Shown: positions 58,320 to 64,000 of the stretch, in pieces
Layout of the letters: the number at the start of each line of letters is the position of its first letter
How positions within the stretch are numbered: the stretch's first letter is position 1
Assembly: GCA_958295905.1 (NCBI GenBank)
Contig: OY282382.1
Coordinates: 6,055,021 to 6,119,020 of the forward strand
Length of the DNA: 64,000 nt
Direction of reading: 5' to 3'
From: an uncultured Vicinamibacterales bacterium
GTDB lineage: Bacteria; Acidobacteriota; Vicinamibacteria; Vicinamibacterales; UBA8438
Notes under the pieces: model-generated
Told to the model about the DNA's origin: nothing
What the model saw: only the letters and a program-made list of their open reading frames with translations
The model's database searches: none
Program-made: the position numbers and the translations under genes

Positions 58320-58673
58320 ATGATCACCATCAACATCGCCGAGGAATTCACGAAGCTGCCAGGTCCGCGGCATCCGGATCAGGGCCCGGGCTCAGGCCGA
58401 GAGTTTCTGGACAAACACCTTCGGCCGGCGTTTGAACGAGCCCTGGATACTGATGAACTGTTGACCGTTGACCTCGACGGTGTCAGGTACGGCTATCCAA
58501 CATCGTTTCTTGAGGAGGCATTCGGGGGACTCGCCCGAGAATTCGGAAGCGATGAGGTCCAGGAGACGCTGCGGTTCGTGTCCCTTGCGGAACCCATGCT
58601 TGACAGCGAGATCCGGCACTACATCAAGCACGCAGACGATCCGCCGGGCGCGGGATCGAGAGCAGCGAGTTGA
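58320..58673 (+). CDS. STAS-like (DUF4325) protein
   Basis: PGPR..SGREF, VDLDGV.GYPTSFLEEAFGGL; GGAGG RBS. Confidence 0.8.
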   Translation: MITINIAEEFTKLPGPRHPDQGPGSGREFLDKHLRPAFERALDTDELLTVDLDGVRYGYPTSFLEEAFGGLAREFGSDEVQETLRFVSLAEPMLDSEIRHYIKHADDPPGAGSRAAS

Positions 58674-59218
58674 AGGAGCGCGACTTTATACCGGCGGCGC
58701 TGTTCGGGTTGTTGGTCGGCGCGCTCCTTATGCTGCTGGTTCGCGATCCGCAGCGACTTTCGTCGGCTATGGTTCCGGGTTTGGTTACTGCGACAACGAC
58801 CATTGTCGTGGGCTGGTGGATCCATAGTGCGGTGCGCCGCCGCGGAGAGCTTGACCGCGTACCTATAGATCACATTTCGGATCTCAGTCGGAGAATCGGG
58901 GTGTTGATTTCGAATTGTCTCCACGCGGCGGAAGTCAACGAACGCGTGACGCTCTTTCGGCAACTTGGTATCGAGATTGGTTTCCTGCGCAATCTCATCG
59001 AAAGCACTGCCGCAATCGACGAGTCCATTCGTTTGGAAACGCTCGATTCACACTACGTCGCCTTCAAACGGAGCCTGACCGACAGTGATAGTTCCGACAT
59101 CGGATTGGCCCCACAAGCGGGCAACAAACTTCGGATGACGGTTCTGCGACTTCAATGGCGATTCTGCCGGCGCATCGTCGACGGAACCACCGACACCGGC
59201 TTTTTCGAGCCGGACTGA
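58670..59218 (+). CDS. Hypothetical 2-TM membrane protein
   Basis: Two N-terminal hydrophobic helices; TTGA overlap; lower GC. Confidence 0.65.
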   Translation: MKERDFIPAALFGLLVGALLMLLVRDPQRLSSAMVPGLVTATTTIVVGWWIHSAVRRRGELDRVPIDHISDLSRRIGVLISNCLHAAEVNERVTLFRQLGIEIGFLRNLIESTAAIDESIRLETLDSHYVAFKRSLTDSDSSDIGLAPQAGNKLRMTVLRLQWRFCRRIVDGTTDTGFFEPD

Positions 59219-59368
59219 CGCTTCCGGTCCTCATCGGCATGTTGAGGAGACACGGGCTCCTCGGAATCGACTTCGACCCTGCGGCCGTCACACCCGCACG
59301 ATGCGGCGCTGCGGCGGTACTGGATGCGGTTTCCGCCAGCGGCGGACCGGTCGCAACGTATCGAGCGG

Positions 59369-61045
<1,677 letters not shown>

Positions 61046-61047
61046 GC

Positions 61048-61283
61048 TTCGGTTCCGCGTTCTCGCCGTCCTTCACGCACAGCGGGCCGCCAGGATCAAA
61101 ATCGGGTCTTTTCTGCGCCGCGGACCGTTCGGTTCCGCGTTCTCGTCGTCCTTCACGCACAGCGGGCCGCCGGGATCAAATCGGGTCTTTCTGCGCCCGG
61201 ACCGTTCGGTTCCGCGTTCTCGCCGTCCTTCACGTGCAGCGGGCCGCCAGGATCAAATCGGGTCTTTTCTGTGCCTCGGACCA
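61048..61283. repeat. ~78-bp tandem repeat x3 directly upstream of ettA
   Basis: ttcggttccgcgttctcg..ccttcacg..gcgggccgcc..gatcaaatcgggtcttt x3. Confidence 0.92.
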
Positions 61284-61605
61284 TGAAGTTCCGGCCCGCC
61301 CGGCGACGTGCCCCGCACGCGAGAAGCCCGGCGATCAGCACCCCGGCGACTCCCCCCCGCCAGCCCCCGTACAAGTACGCGCCCCCGGCCAGCACGCCCG
61401 CGAGCAATGCCGGCCAGCGGCACGGGTGAGGCGGCGGGAAGATCCGACTCAACCGCGAACCTGCCGCGCCCACGAGGAGTCCTCCGGCCAGCAGCCCCAC
61501 GGCTCCCCATCGCCCCCCGCCCGCGCGCCAATACAGACCCGCAGCCAAGACCAGTGACAAGCCGAAAATAATCCACCGTACAGGCTGGAACGTCTTCGTC
61601 GTCAT
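61153..61605 (-). CDS. Hypothetical Gly-rich membrane protein
   Basis: About four hydrophobic segments; C-terminus runs into the repeat. Confidence 0.45.
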   Translation of the reverse strand: MTTKTFQPVRWIIFGLSLVLAAGLYWRAGGGRWGAVGLLAGGLLVGAAGSRLSRIFPPPHPCRWPALLAGVLAGGAYLYGGWRGGVAGVLIAGLLACGARRRAGRNFMVRGTEKTRFDPGGPLHVKDGENAEPNGPGAERPDLIPAARCA

Positions 61606-61804
61606 CCCGCGGCCGTCACGACCGTTCGAGGACAATCGCGACCTCGGTCATCCCGCCGGCGGACGGTGACGGTCCGCGGCGCCGTTCAAGGCTGGAACAT
61701 CTTCTTCGTCATCCCCGCGTCATCCTGCGGTCGTCACGACCGTTCGAGGACAATCGCGACCTCGGTCGTCTCGCCGGGGCGGACGGTCACCGTCCGCGGC
61801 GCCG
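61582..61804 (-). repeat. Duplication of the junction at the 3' end of the carboxypeptidase-regulatory gene
   Basis: cgtcacgaccgttcgaggacaatcgcgacctcggtc and ggctggaac..ttcgtc/gtcgtc each twice. Confidence 0.88.
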
Positions 61805-62435
61805 CGCCCAGCCGCTCGTGCCAGATCGTCAGCTCGTGGGTCCCGGCCGGCACCCCCTCGAGCGCGAAGGCGCCGTCGAGGCCGCTCACCGCGCCGCGAT
61901 CGTTGCTGACCACGATCCAGCCCCGCATCCAGCCGTGCGAGTCGCACTCGACGCGCACCACCCCGGGGCGGCGCAGGGGGCGGTTGATCTCGAGGCCGGG
62001 AAACGGCATCGCGATGTTGAAGCCGGTGCGGTTCCGGTCGTCGTAGGTATGGGTCGAGTGCAGGGTGTCGTCCTGACTCGTCACCAGCACCTGGCTGCGG
62101 GTGGGGGCAATCTGCACGCGCGGCACGAAGAGGCAGCCGGCGTTGTCGATATGGGGTGCGGGCCGCGCCGCCGGCCACGGCACCCCGGTCAGCCGCACGA
62201 CGGCGTTCGCCACATGGCCGGCCGCGTCGGCGACGATCGTCTCGTCGGGCACGCGGTCGCCGCAGACGGCCTGGTCGGCGGTCACCGCGAGGGTGGCGGG
62301 CGGCGGCGGAGCGGCCATCGTCACCACCCCCCGAATCGTTCCCGTCCCCTGCGCACCGCCGGACGTCCCGACCCCCGCGGCCAGCGCCAGCGCGGCCGGG
62401 ACGACACCGAGTCCGGCAAACATGCGTCTGGTCAT
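61734..62435 (-). CDS. Carboxypeptidase regulatory-like/cupredoxin-like secreted protein
   Basis: Signal peptide; GCLFVPRV, CDSHGWM, GVPAGTHELTIWHE. Confidence 0.8.
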   Translation of the reverse strand: MTRRMFAGLGVVPAALALAAGVGTSGGAQGTGTIRGVVTMAAPPPPATLAVTADQAVCGDRVPDETIVADAAGHVANAVVRLTGVPWPAARPAPHIDNAGCLFVPRVQIAPTRSQVLVTSQDDTLHSTHTYDDRNRTGFNIAMPFPGLEINRPLRRPGVVRVECDSHGWMRGWIVVSNDRGAVSGLDGAFALEGVPAGTHELTIWHERLGAAPRTVTVRPGETTEVAIVLERS

Positions 62436-62465
62436 GGTCCTACTGTACCCCACGGCGCGTCTCCG

Positions 62466-64000
62466 CTAGCCGCGTCCCCCGCGCGCCCCGGATGCGCTGA
62501 CCAGCTCGGGTTCCGGCGTGAAGTCCTCGCCGGGGTTGATGAAGCGGTCCTGCTCGAAGCGGTACTGCGTATCGTGGAGCTCGCGATAGCGGCCGCCCGC
62601 CGCGAACAGCTCCGCGTGGGTCCCGCGCTCGACGATCTCTCCCTGTTCGAGCACCACAATCTGGTCCGCGCTCCGAATGGTCGACAACCGGTGGGCGATG
62701 ACGAACGTCGTGCGGCCCCGCCGCAGCGCCCGCAACCCGTCCTGGATCAGCGCCTCGCTCTCGCTGTCGAGGCTGGACGTCGCTTCGTCGAGGATGAGGA
62801 TGCGGGGATCGGCGAGAACCGCGCGGGCGATGGCCACCCGCTGGCGCTGCCCCCCCGACAGCTTGATGCCGCGCTCGCCGACGATCGTGTCATACCCGTC
62901 GGGAAAGCCGCGGATGAACTCGTCGCAGTGGGCGATGCGGCTGACCGCCTCGATCTCCGCCCGGGTGGCGTAGCGGCGGACGAAGCTGATGTTCGAGGCC
63001 ACCGATCCGTCGAAGAGGAAGTTCTCCTGCAGCACGACGCCGAGCTGCCGGCGGTAGTCGGCCAGCTTCAGGGTGGCGAGGTCCCGGCCGTCGACCAGCA
63101 CGCGGCCCGCCTGGGGCCGGTTGAAGGCGATGATCAGGCTGGCCAGCGTGCTCTTCCCCGACCCGCTCGATCCCACCAGCGCGGTGGTGCTGCCGGCCGG
63201 CGCCTCCAGCGAGACGTCCCGGAGCACCGGCATCCCCGCCGTGTAGGCGAACGTCACCCGATCGAGGGCCACATCGCCGACGAGGCGCCCGACGGACCGG
63301 CGCGCGGCGTCCTCGTCGATCTCGGTCGGGGTGCCCAGAATCTCGCGAATCCGGTCGAGCCCGGCGAACGCCTCGGTAATCTGCGTGCCGATCGACGCGA
63401 TTTGCATAACCGGCGCCACCACCACCCCGGTGAACAGCAGATACCGCAGCAGGTCTCCGACGCTCCACTCGTCGGCGATGATCGCGCGCCCGCCCATGAC
63501 GATCATCAGCGCCCCGATGCCGCCGATCGCCAGCGAGGCGGCGGACGTGGTGGCGGACACGCCGGTCACCGTCCTGGCCACGTTCCTCAGCAGCCGGTGG
63601 GCGCCGTGCGCGAACACCCGCTGCTCGCGCCTCTCGACGTTGTAGGCCTTGACGATCCGCACGCCGCCCAGCGTCTCCGCCAGCCGTCCGGTCACCTCGG
63701 CGTTGATCTTCCCGCGCTCCCGGAACAGGGGCCGCAGCCGGGAGAACGCCTTCGCCATGCCCAGCCCGAAGACCACGAGGATGCAGAGGGTGACCGCGGT
63801 CAGACGCCAGTTCAGGTAGAACAGCACCCCGAGGCCGAGGGTGGCGGTCACGAACCCGCCGGTGAGCTGGGCGAGCCCCGTCCCGACGAGGTTGCGGATG
63901 CCCTCGGCGTCGGTCATCACCCGGGAGATGAGGACGCCGGTCTTCGTCGAATCGAAATAGCTGATGGGCAGGCGGGTCACATGCCGCTGGACCCGCTTGC
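62466..64000 (-). CDS. ABC exporter, fused permease/ATP-binding (5' partial)
   Basis: TM domain; GSSGSGKS, LSGGQRQR, LDEATSSLD, IAHRLSTI. Confidence 0.92.
   Translation of the reverse strand, partial: KRVQRHVTRLPISYFDSTKTGVLISRVMTDAEGIRNLVGTGLAQLTGGFVTATLGLGVLFYLNWRLTAVTLCILVVFGLGMAKAFSRLRPLFRERGKINAEVTGRLAETLGGVRIVKAYNVERREQRVFAHGAHRLLRNVARTVTGVSATTSAASLAIGGIGALMIVMGGRAIIADEWSVGDLLRYLLFTGVVVAPVMQIASIGTQITEAFAGLDRIREILGTPTEIDEDAARRSVGRLVGDVALDRVTFAYTAGMPVLRDVSLEAPAGSTTALVGSSGSGKSTLASLIIAFNRPQAGRVLVDGRDLATLKLADYRRQLGVVLQENFLFDGSVASNISFVRRYATRAEIEAVSRIAHCDEFIRGFPDGYDTIVGERGIKLSGGQRQRVAIARAVLADPRILILDEATSSLDSESEALIQDGLRALRRGRTTFVIAHRLSTIRSADQIVVLEQGEIVERGTHAELFAAGGRYRELHDTQYRFEQDRFINPGEDFTPEPELVSASGARGGRG

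Noticed and set aside
61048-61283. CRISPR-like or tRNA repeat
   Set aside because: Whole units are near-identical with no unique spacers and no cloverleaf or CCA signature.

Overview
GC-rich bacterial chromosome segment. The carboxypeptidase-regulatory TonB receptor, PQQ, FG-GAP and Tat enzymes, and many HEPN/MNT and PIN modules suggest an Acidobacteriota-like, possibly host-associated organism (inference). The backbone carries a urea ABC transporter, a plant-like urease cluster (ureD, fused ureAB, ureC, ureF, ureG; no ureE), hydrolases, a TAXI-TRAP transporter, ettA and an ABC exporter. Lower-GC defence-type cassettes sit between or inside these operons: a Menshen-like triad within urt-ure, an orphan DUF1156 methylase beside an exonuclease-like TM protein, a coupled KAP NTPase + effector-less NACHT-LRR pair with 15 x 66-bp LRR repeats, an Xre antitoxin + ATPase-TOPRIM, two nucleotidyltransferase TA-like pairs, a NotI-like type II RM system, and an HTH-methyltransferase-PIN operon that splits the TAXI-TRAP pair. 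Non-coding structure includes a ~170-bp MITE (7 copies, 17-bp TIR, 9-10-bp TSD), a second YTAG-flanked repeat family, ISL3, ISKra4-like and group II intron remnants, and frequent tandem duplication of gene termini. The best novel-system candidates are KAP + NACHT-LRR and HTH-MTase-PIN. No rRNA, tRNA or CRISPR array was seen. All calls come from manual motif reading, with no database search.
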